The position numbers were made by a program, and so were the translations under genes. Positions 40,205-48,241 of a stretch of 64,000 bases of DNA are shown here, piece by piece. The stretch's first letter is position 1. Every line of letters begins with the position of its first letter. The DNA comes from Bdellovibrio sp. (GTDB taxonomy: Bacteria > Bdellovibrionota > Bdellovibrionia > Bdellovibrionales > Bdellovibrionaceae), in NCBI GenBank assembly GCA_036676395.1, contig JAKFCY010000003.1, positions 32,001-96,000 on the forward strand, written 5' to 3'. Under the pieces are notes generated by a model that saw only the letters and a list, made by a program, of their open reading frames with translations, was not told the DNA's origin and did not search any database.

Positions 40205-41041
40205 ATGTCGACTACGGGTAAAACTTGGGTACTACTTGATGGTATCACTAAAATTCAATCGCAACCGTTGCAAACCGAGCAGTTGCAATTAGCCATTCTT
40301 AAATTGAATGAGCGCGATTGGACAAGATTTTACGTGTGGACACAAGGTTGGGCAAACTGGCAGCTGTTAAAAGATTTTTTAAACAGCGATCAAAAAGATT
40401 TTGCTTTGGCAGGCACACCGGCGTCTGAAGAAAACGTGAAAGCACATATTCATGCGCAAATCGCCAGTCGCAAAAAAGTAACAATTCAGCCGCAACAACA
40501 AGAAGACACTGTGACTAAAGCAGCCCATTATCCACAGCAAAAACAAGCTGGTGGTAAAGCCATGACCATGGTGAGTTCGTCAGAAGAAACGATCGTTCCT
40601 GAAAGCATGGAAAAAGATTACAACGGTGATACCATTGATGAAAGTGCTTACCACAAACCGCCGCAGCCGCTAGATTTTAAAGAGATCAGCGAAGCTTATA
40701 AAAACCGTGCTGAACGTCATGAATTAAAAATTGAAATTTTATTAATTTCACAAAAAGGTAAAACTTTTAAAAGCTATTCTAGAAATATTTCTCTGACAGG
40801 ATCTCTGTTAGAAGATAATATTCCTTTTGATTTTTACGGTGTGCATTTTGATCTTGTCGTTGTTAACCGTAACTCATTAAACCCACAGAATGGCCGTGTG
40901 CAAATGCGCGCTGAAACTGTTGGTGATGGTCTCACTCAACGTGTGCGCTTTGTAACGCCATCAGAGATGCTGAAGCAACGCTTAATGAATCTGCTGAATG
41001 ACTATCTTACTCAGCAAGCTAAACTACGAAAATCTGGCTAA
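40205..41041 (+). CDS. PilZ-domain protein with GYF_2-like N-terminus
   Basis: RAERH (RxxR-like) and NISLTG PilZ motifs; VWTQGWANW. Confidence 0.75.
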   Translation: MSTTGKTWVLLDGITKIQSQPLQTEQLQLAILKLNERDWTRFYVWTQGWANWQLLKDFLNSDQKDFALAGTPASEENVKAHIHAQIASRKKVTIQPQQQEDTVTKAAHYPQQKQAGGKAMTMVSSSEETIVPESMEKDYNGDTIDESAYHKPPQPLDFKEISEAYKNRAERHELKIEILLISQKGKTFKSYSRNISLTGSLLEDNIPFDFYGVHFDLVVVNRNSLNPQNGRVQMRAETVGDGLTQRVRFVTPSEMLKQRLMNLLNDYLTQQAKLRKSG

Positions 41042-41109
41042 AAACGTTACCTAGAGATAACGATAGACTCTAACCCCGTTACTATTGTAAACGTGCGGTT
41101 GAGGTGTCT

Positions 41110-42051
41110 ATGCAAATCCTTCTGTGTTTTATATTCGTTATTTTAAATGCGGCTGTTTCTTTCTCTGCCGATTTAATACAATCTCAATATGCTAGCATCG
41201 CAAAAATTCAATCGAATCTTCTTAAAGGGTTAAGCGCTCCTGGTGGCATAGGCACGGGAGTTCTTCTTGAGAAAAATCATGGTTTTGTGCTTACGAATAT
41301 TCACGTGATCGTTACTTGCTTTGATGCCCTTGGCGAAACCAATCCATGGCAGCCTTCGAATACAGTCGTTGGCAAAATCTGTCCACTAAGCACCTTGAAT
41401 ATTATTTTTCCAAATGTAGATGGCATGGCTAGTACAGCTGAAGCAAAAATTATAGCGATTGGAAATCCCGCTCACCTTGGGACTAATAGCCTGCTTAATG
41501 ATTGGGTTATTCTGCAAATCAATCCAGCCATAGTTAAAAATATTCCTGTTCTTAAAGCTTTTTCGCGCGAATTAATCCCCGGCGAAAGCATTCATTTCGC
41601 CGGATTTCCTGCAGCTCCGGTCGGAGAAAAACTAGCGAATACCCCAGGATTTTACTCAAGCGCAGGTCAAATTTTATCTTCGTCTTATGCCTCTGAAGTA
41701 TCGAAATCAATTTACGAATCACTTAATTTATCAGAGGCCAATTTTAATTCTCTGAGAGACTATACACTGAATAATTTATTTAATAACACGAGTGTCTTTT
41801 TTCACGATGCCCTGATCATCGGCGGCTACAGCGGCAGTCCCGTTTTTGATCAGTCTGGCATCATGGTGGGAATAATTTTTGGCAATGCAAGCGCTTGGGA
41901 TTATAATTTCGGTGAATACCCTGCGGCTCTTGGCGCTGATGCCAGCAATCCATCTAAACCCGCAAACAAACTTTCAACTGGAGTTCTTTTAAAATCCATT
42001 TGCGAACATTTATCTGTGGATATTAAATCTCTAATTAATTTTTGCTATTAA
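41110..42051 (+). CDS. Secreted trypsin-like (S1) serine protease
   Basis: LTNIHV, NDW and GYSGSPV triad motifs; signal peptide; GAGGTG SD. Confidence 0.88.
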   Translation: MQILLCFIFVILNAAVSFSADLIQSQYASIAKIQSNLLKGLSAPGGIGTGVLLEKNHGFVLTNIHVIVTCFDALGETNPWQPSNTVVGKICPLSTLNIIFPNVDGMASTAEAKIIAIGNPAHLGTNSLLNDWVILQINPAIVKNIPVLKAFSRELIPGESIHFAGFPAAPVGEKLANTPGFYSSAGQILSSSYASEVSKSIYESLNLSEANFNSLRDYTLNNLFNNTSVFFHDALIIGGYSGSPVFDQSGIMVGIIFGNASAWDYNFGEYPAALGADASNPSKPANKLSTGVLLKSICEHLSVDIKSLINFCY

Positions 42052-42532
42052 GAATTTCTTTGATACGAACTTTTAGTTTTTCGATATCAAAAGGTTTTTT
42101 GATATAATCGTCGGCGCCAACTTCGCGGCCTTTTTGCAGATCTTCTTCTTCAGCCGATGCCGATAAGAAAATTAATGGAATATGTTTTAGTTCGCGGTGT
42201 TCTTTAAGCATTTGCGCTAATTCAAAACCGTTCACCCAAGGTAAACCCACATCCATAATAATAAAATGCACTTCGATGTCTTCGTCTAATAACGCCGTCA
42301 ATTGCGGAGCATCAGCTGCTAATTTAACTTGGTAGCCATCTGATTCTAAAATTCTTTTTAATGAAGTACGTTGAGTTTCTTCATCCTCGATCACTAAGAT
42401 CGTTGTCGGATGAAGTTTGTTCTGAGCATCACGAAACTGATCTAAGGCCACGACTTCCTGACCAGCAATACGTTGCTTAGTCAGTTTTTCGATTTTGCGG
42501 ATTAAATCAGAGGTGCTTAATTTTTTAGTCAT
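42035..42532 (-). CDS. Stand-alone response regulator receiver
   Basis: LVIEDE, IMDVGLP, FLS and YIKKPF. Confidence 0.92.
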   Translation of the reverse strand: MTKKLSTSDLIRKIEKLTKQRIAGQEVVALDQFRDAQNKLHPTTILVIEDEETQRTSLKRILESDGYQVKLAADAPQLTALLDEDIEVHFIIMDVGLPWVNGFELAQMLKEHRELKHIPLIFLSASAEEEDLQKGREVGADDYIKKPFDIEKLKVRIKEILNSKN

Positions 42533-42548
42533 GTGCTTCCTTAGAGTC

Positions 42549-43490
42549 CTATACGTGCTGTGCTTCTAACCATCTTTCGCAATCAATTGCTGCCATACAA
42601 CCTGTACCGGCTGCAGTAATTGCTTGGCGGTATACAGAATCCTGCACATCGCCCGCGGCAAACACACCATCAATATTCGTGTATGTGGTGCCTGGTTTTG
42701 TCTTGATATATCCCACATCATTTAGCTCTAGCAGTCCATTAAAAAGCTTGGTATTAGGCTGATGTCCAATAGCTACGAACAAACCTTGCAGGTTCTTAGT
42801 CGTAACATCACCTGTCTTAGTTGATTTCAGACGAAGTCCAGTCACAGATTTACCGTCACCGATCACTTCTTCAACCACAGTATTCATAATAAATTCAATT
42901 TTAGGATTAGCTTTAGCGCGATCTAACATGATTTTAGAAGCTTTGAAATTTTCGCTTCTGTGAATCACATAAACTTTAGTCGCAAAACGAGTTAAGAAAT
43001 TAGCTTCTTCCATTGCCGTATCACCGCCGCCAACAACCGCTACTTCAACGTTTTTGAAAAACGCCCCATCACAAGTTGCGCAGGCTGATACGCCGCGGTT
43101 CATGTATTGTTTTTCGCTTGGTAAACCAATGTATTTCGCACTGGCACCCGTCGAGATAATAATTGAATTCGTTAAGTGCACATCGTTGCCAACATGAACT
43201 TTAAATGGTTTAGCTGAACAATCTACTTTAGTGACGTTACGAGTGATGTAGCGAGTTCCAAAACGCTCTGCTTGCTTGCGCATAACTGCAACTAGTTCAG
43301 GACCAGTTACACCATGAGCAAAACCGGGAAAGTTTTCAACTTCAGTTGTAATCATTAACTGACCACCGGCTTCTTCGCCTTCGATCATTAAAGGATTTAG
43401 ATTTGCACGAGCCGTATAAACCGCTGCCGTTAAGCCTGCTGGGCCCGAACCGATGATAATTACATTTTCAACTTTTTGTGCTTCTGACAT
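42549..43490 (-). CDS. trxB: Thioredoxin reductase
   Basis: GSGPAG, CATCDG, GGGDTAMEEA and FAAGDV. Confidence 0.97.
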   Translation of the reverse strand: MSEAQKVENVIIIGSGPAGLTAAVYTARANLNPLMIEGEEAGGQLMITTEVENFPGFAHGVTGPELVAVMRKQAERFGTRYITRNVTKVDCSAKPFKVHVGNDVHLTNSIIISTGASAKYIGLPSEKQYMNRGVSACATCDGAFFKNVEVAVVGGGDTAMEEANFLTRFATKVYVIHRSENFKASKIMLDRAKANPKIEFIMNTVVEEVIGDGKSVTGLRLKSTKTGDVTTKNLQGLFVAIGHQPNTKLFNGLLELNDVGYIKTKPGTTYTNIDGVFAAGDVQDSVYRQAITAAGTGCMAAIDCERWLEAQHV

Positions 43491-43571
43491 ATAAACTCCA
43501 CTCAAATATTCACTCTAGATGGTAAAGTTTATCGAATCTAATTGATAGACAAAAGAGATAACGCCTATTGG

Positions 43572-44195
43572 TTAATTTAGAGAATCAATCAGCTGCAAAG
43601 CTACATTTTCAGCAGACTCAGCTAGACCCTGCTGACGAGGCCAGCTCAATGCAGGCAGCATGTCAGTTTCGATATAACCAGGCGAAAATAAGTCGATTTT
43701 GAACACAGTTTTGTTTTCTGCCTGCAGAGTTGCAATTAAACCTTTCAAGGCATGTTTTGCTGCGCAATAACTAGCCGCCCCTGGGTCTGGTTTATTTTCG
43801 GCAACCGCCGAACCCACGACCACAAACTTTTTTAAACTATCAGGAGGTGTTTGCATTAAAGAATGTAGAAGCTGAGCCGGAAATAAAAAACTTACATTCA
43901 GCGCCCACTGATGATCAGCCCATTTTTTATCTTGAAAATTTCCGTACGGTCCACCAGCGGCAAAATAAATAATTGTCGTTGGTTTAAAATCAGAAACCTG
44001 TGTTAAAAATTCTGCCGTTAACTCTTTGGCGAAATCAAACTTGAAAGATTGATAATTGCCTTCAGCAATTTTACGCGACACTAATAAAAATTTTGCGGCA
44101 GGATATTTTTTAGCTAACGCCTGATAGGTCGCATGGCCCAGCCCGCGGCTAGCACCCAGCAAAATAAATTTGTGCGCTGAACGATCTTCATTCAT
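43572..44195 (-). CDS. Short-chain dehydrogenase/reductase
   Basis: GASRGLG and YCAAK; start moved to ATG 44195 to avoid overlap with the divergent gene. Confidence 0.88.
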   Translation of the reverse strand: MNEDRSAHKFILLGASRGLGHATYQALAKKYPAAKFLLVSRKIAEGNYQSFKFDFAKELTAEFLTQVSDFKPTTIIYFAAGGPYGNFQDKKWADHQWALNVSFLFPAQLLHSLMQTPPDSLKKFVVVGSAVAENKPDPGAASYCAAKHALKGLIATLQAENKTVFKIDLFSPGYIETDMLPALSWPRQQGLAESAENVALQLIDSLN

Positions 44196-44206
44196 ACTTT
44201 TCTTAT

Positions 44207-44482
44207 ATGCCAACTCTATCAATTCCACAAAAGAATTTGGAAATCTCCGTTGCCGACGGAAAAAACCTCATGGATGCGCTGATCGAAGCAGGTTTACCAG
44301 TAGCTTCAAGCTGCCACGGCGACGGCATTTGTTCAAAATGCGCCGTTTTAATGACTCCACAAGGAACCCGCTCTGAACTGGAAATCAAAACTGCCCAGCG
44401 CAATAAATTACCAGACATCATGCGTTTAAGTTGTCAGGTTTTTATCGATAAAGACTTAACAGTAGCCACAACTTACTGGTAA
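44207..44482 (+). CDS. 2Fe-2S ferredoxin
   Basis: SCHGDGICSKC...RLSCQ. Confidence 0.93.
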   Translation: MPTLSIPQKNLEISVADGKNLMDALIEAGLPVASSCHGDGICSKCAVLMTPQGTRSELEIKTAQRNKLPDIMRLSCQVFIDKDLTVATTYW

Positions 44483-44492
44483 ACATTTTCGC

Positions 44493-45113
44493 ATGAATAA
44501 ATTATCGTTAAATGTAAAAGACCTCGAGCAGTTACTGCCGATCATGAAGAAAAATTCTTTGGCCACAGTGATTGCCTATGCTGATAACCAGCTTGTGACC
44601 TGCCCGTTGCCATTAGTGTCTGAATTTAAAGATAATAAGCTGACTATTTACGGCCACCTATCAACGCGCAACCCTTTAGCAAAACATTTAAAAATCGCCT
44701 CTGAAATTACCATTTTATTTCATGGTCCGAATACTTATATCAACTCAAGTTGGTACCAAGTCGATGACGTTTCAACATGGAATTATATCACCGTACAAGC
44801 CTCTGGAAAACCCGCAACTCACGAAGATCACGCCTCACTCATTGATATTTTAAAAAAGACTACTGCTTTAGCGAATGAAAACTATGCCGATCAATGGGAT
44901 TTTAATATTCCGTCAGATTTACAGAGCGAAAGTGAATTAGAAGCAGCCATCATGGGATTTTCTTTAACGCCGACAAATATTTCTGGTCGCTTTAAATTAA
45001 GCCAATCAAAATCTGCAGCTGATCAACGCAACATTATTGCCGAATTAGAAAAAAGAACCGATTCAGCTAGCCACCAAATCGGCGAATTCATGACGAAAAA
45101 CTTTAAAGACTAA
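44493..45113 (+). CDS. FMN-binding PaiB-like protein
   Basis: GHLSTRNP, FHGPNTYINSSWY, TWNY and FKLSQ. Confidence 0.88.
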   Translation: MNKLSLNVKDLEQLLPIMKKNSLATVIAYADNQLVTCPLPLVSEFKDNKLTIYGHLSTRNPLAKHLKIASEITILFHGPNTYINSSWYQVDDVSTWNYITVQASGKPATHEDHASLIDILKKTTALANENYADQWDFNIPSDLQSESELEAAIMGFSLTPTNISGRFKLSQSKSAADQRNIIAELEKRTDSASHQIGEFMTKNFKD

Positions 45114-45173
45114 TTTTAGGTCTTAAGCCAGAAGTTGACCATCATCAGGGCGCGACATAAATTCAAACTTCTT

Positions 45174-45539
45174 CTACTGAACAGCGCACTCAAATCCAAT
45201 AATGTTTCCAATTGGATCTTGAATTTGTAAAATAGTTCTTTGAATTTCAGAAACTACGAGTGGGCCTCGATAGACTTTACCACCGAGGGATTCTGCTTTC
45301 TTTACTAAAGCATCTAAATCATCAACCAGCCAATATCCTACTGCTCCACCCGTTGATAAAGGATTTTTCAGATCTGGCACAGTGATATCAAAACAAGTTT
45401 GGCCAATTTTAAAAGAAACAAAATTTTCTGAATCTTCCAGCGGTTCTATTCCTAAAAAAGCTTTATACCAATCACGGCTCTTCTGAATGTCATCTGAAAA
45501 AATACGAATTGTCGAAAATTCTTTAATATAAAAACTCAT
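45174..45539 (-). CDS. VOC/glyoxalase family protein
   Basis: DIQKSRDWY, VDDLDA...LGG and DPIGNIIG. Confidence 0.9.
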   Translation of the reverse strand: MSFYIKEFSTIRIFSDDIQKSRDWYKAFLGIEPLEDSENFVSFKIGQTCFDITVPDLKNPLSTGGAVGYWLVDDLDALVKKAESLGGKVYRGPLVVSEIQRTILQIQDPIGNIIGFECAVQ

Positions 45540-45548
45540 GATAAATTC

Positions 45549-46109
45549 CTATTTTGTGTTGCGAAATTTTAACCAGTCTTCTTTTTTTAGTTCCCAAACT
45601 TCATGCTCAGTCAATTTTGGATCAACAAATTTAGCAGGCTCTACCCCAATCAGGCGACAGCCGGTTTTTTCTTTCACACGGCGCGAAGCTGTATTACCCA
45701 CCGCATTTGCAAAACACAGAACCAAAAATCCTAACTCGTTAAAGGCATAATCCATCACTGGCGCAACAGCTTCAGTCATGATGCCTTTTCCCCAATGCTG
45801 TCGGCTTAACCAGAAGCCACGATTTTCAGGTTTTCCCGGGCGCCAAAGATCAACACAGCCAATAAGTTCATTCGGATTTTCTTTTAGAAAAATGCCCCAC
45901 ACCCAACGGTTCTTTCCCTGATTGGGTATCACAAGATTTTTTAAAAAACTTAAAGAGCCATCATCCGGGTAAGGCCACGGTACAAAATGAGATAAATGAC
46001 GAATCACTTCATAATCATGAAAGTGCTTTTGCCAATCCGAAGCATGAGCTTCTATGGCTTCGCGAAGAATTAATCTTTTAGTTTCTAAAGTCGGAAGAGT
46101 ACTCATCAT
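45549..46109 (-). CDS. GNAT N-acetyltransferase (RimJ/RimL-like)
   Basis: LETKRLILR, HWGKGIMTEA and NTASRRVKEKTG. Confidence 0.9.
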   Translation of the reverse strand: MMSTLPTLETKRLILREAIEAHASDWQKHFHDYEVIRHLSHFVPWPYPDDGSLSFLKNLVIPNQGKNRWVWGIFLKENPNELIGCVDLWRPGKPENRGFWLSRQHWGKGIMTEAVAPVMDYAFNELGFLVLCFANAVGNTASRRVKEKTGCRLIGVEPAKFVDPKLTEHEVWELKKEDWLKFRNTK

Positions 46110-46203
46110 AATTGAGCTTAAGCGTGCCCTCGCGAGCTGGCAAATTTATACCTTACTCTTGCTGCGTGCTGGCTAGGTTATTTATCACGACCCACTAATG
46201 CCA

Positions 46204-46269
46204 CTCTGTATTTGGGTTTACACTTTTTAATGCCTGGATCCTGACAAAACTGTAAACCCAAATACAGAG
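46204..46269. repeat. Perfect 19-bp inverted repeat with 28-nt spacer
   Basis: CTCTGTATTTGGGTTTACA ... TGTAAACCCAAATACAGAG. Confidence 0.85.
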
Positions 46270-46337
46270 CGAAAATTAACGATCTAGATTAACAATCCAA
46301 GATGGTGCCAAAAATTGAATTCTAAAATTTTTAAAAA

Positions 46338-47084
46338 TTAATCTTTAATTAAACGAATGTAATTAATTTCGATACCTTGCTTAGTAAAGATTTTTTCAAA
46401 TCCTGTGGCAAAGTTTTCGTCTTTATACTTATTATTTTCACCGTATAAATTCAAAGTTTGAAATTCAATGCGGTATTTAGAAGCTTTGATTTCTTCTAAA
46501 GCCCATAAGAAATACTCTCTAGAGTCTGTTTTAAAATCTAAAAAATTACCCGGGCGTTGCATATCAAAAAGCCAGTCTAAGATAATACGATTTACGACGC
46601 GGTTTTTTGGTTTGTGCGGCGAAGTCCATGGATCAGGAAAATGAATAAACACGTTATTCACTTCATTTTTTTCAAATAATAAATCTAAGTTAAACGCGTG
46701 GTACCTGCAGATGGCCGCATTTTTACCACCGCCCATGCGAGCACGGCGAATCGATTGAATTAATGGTTTATATTTTAATTCTAAGCCCACAAGCAGGCGT
46801 TCTGGATAACGAGTTACCCAGTGCGCGAAGTGATGGCCTGCGCCGGTTCCGATTTCAATATCCATCGGGTGCGTATCAGCCACTTTAAAAACCTGGCTGC
46901 GCCATTTGCCTTTGTTTTCTGGAGAACGCTCTTCATTAAACGCGAAATCTTTGTACTCGTTATCCAAAGCCAGAGAATACTCGGTTGGTTTTGGTAAGGT
47001 GCGAGTTAAATTAATGATCGGACGTTTAAGCACTTTAACGTGTTTAAAGTAATCGACTTTATCAAATTTTTCGGTTTGTTCCAT
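46338..47084 (-). CDS. trmB: tRNA (guanine-N7)-methyltransferase
   Basis: IEIGTGAG, HFPDPW and FKTD. Confidence 0.92.
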   Translation of the reverse strand: MEQTEKFDKVDYFKHVKVLKRPIINLTRTLPKPTEYSLALDNEYKDFAFNEERSPENKGKWRSQVFKVADTHPMDIEIGTGAGHHFAHWVTRYPERLLVGLELKYKPLIQSIRRARMGGGKNAAICRYHAFNLDLLFEKNEVNNVFIHFPDPWTSPHKPKNRVVNRIILDWLFDMQRPGNFLDFKTDSREYFLWALEEIKASKYRIEFQTLNLYGENNKYKDENFATGFEKIFTKQGIEINYIRLIKD

Positions 47085-47108
47085 AGACAGCCTTATCGCA
47101 TAAGCGAC

Positions 47109-48110
47109 TTAAGCTGTCTTTTTATTTTTGTCGAAAAGTGCAATAACTGAAGACTTTTCAAGTTTATGTAAACGGTCAAAACTAGGATCATAACAAACCA
47201 CGCGGTTACGGCCTTGGTGTTTAGCTTCGTATAAAGCAGAATCTGCTCTACGCACGAGTTCTTTGGCCGAAATAGAGACCGATGGGTCGCCATCGTAAGT
47301 GGCAAATCCAATCGATAAAGTTAATTTAATTGAGTCAGGGCCTGAGCTAAAGGTGTGTTGCTCAACGCGATTACGTAGCTTTTCGCAGAAAAAGCCAACA
47401 CCAGATAGCGGAATTTCTGACAACACGATTAAAAATTCATCACCGCCGTAGCGGGCCGGAATATCCACGGTACGTGTGTTTTGGCGAATAATTTTACCCA
47501 CTTCAGAAATAACAAAACTTCCGAATAAATGATCATGCCCGTCGTTCACAGATTTAAATTTATCCATGTCGATCATAATCACTGTCACTGGGCGAATAAA
47601 ACGTTGTGCGCGTTCAATTTCAAATTCTAATTTTTGGTATAACGATCGCGTATTAAATAACCCGGTAAGGTCATCAATCTCGATCATTTCTTGTAATTTT
47701 TGATTCGAAGCCATGAGCTCTTCTTGCATATCACGCATGCGTAATTGCGTCCGAACACGGGCTAAAAATTCCATAGGAACAAATGGCGAACTGATAAAAT
47801 CAGAAGCCCCTAAATCTAAAAATTGCGTGATTTTCTCAGTCGTTGGATTCGTTGAAACTACCAACACTGGAACTTTTTGTAAGGTCGAAAACAGATTGTT
47901 TACGAAAATAAAGCCATTACCTTCAGCAAAATCCGGATCTAAAATAATTAATTGCGGGCGCAGATAGTTTAACGCTTCAGTCGCTTCTTTTTCAGAAGTA
48001 AAGCCATGAACATCGTAGCCTTCCCAACGAAGGGGTTCCACCATCAGTTCAAGCGTTGTTGGGTCCTCGTCTAGTACTAAAATTGGCCTCTGTTTTGGAT
48101 CCTTTTTCAT
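47109..48110 (-). CDS. REC-GGDEF diguanylate cyclase
   Basis: Receiver domain, DDLTGLFN, DKFKSVND, I-site RTVD and RYGGDEF. Confidence 0.95.
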   Translation of the reverse strand: MKKDPKQRPILVLDEDPTTLELMVEPLRWEGYDVHGFTSEKEATEALNYLRPQLIILDPDFAEGNGFIFVNNLFSTLQKVPVLVVSTNPTTEKITQFLDLGASDFISSPFVPMEFLARVRTQLRMRDMQEELMASNQKLQEMIEIDDLTGLFNTRSLYQKLEFEIERAQRFIRPVTVIMIDMDKFKSVNDGHDHLFGSFVISEVGKIIRQNTRTVDIPARYGGDEFLIVLSEIPLSGVGFFCEKLRNRVEQHTFSSGPDSIKLTLSIGFATYDGDPSVSISAKELVRRADSALYEAKHQGRNRVVCYDPSFDRLHKLEKSSVIALFDKNKKTA

Positions 48111-48241
48111 AGATAACTTATCGACACTAAAACGAACTTTCTAGAGACAAACCGCACCATTTTTTCGCAGTTTTTTAACAATTCTTCTCATTATGAGATT
48201 TTAGAGATAGTGTGGTGTCTAGCCGGAGGCTAGCATTAACT

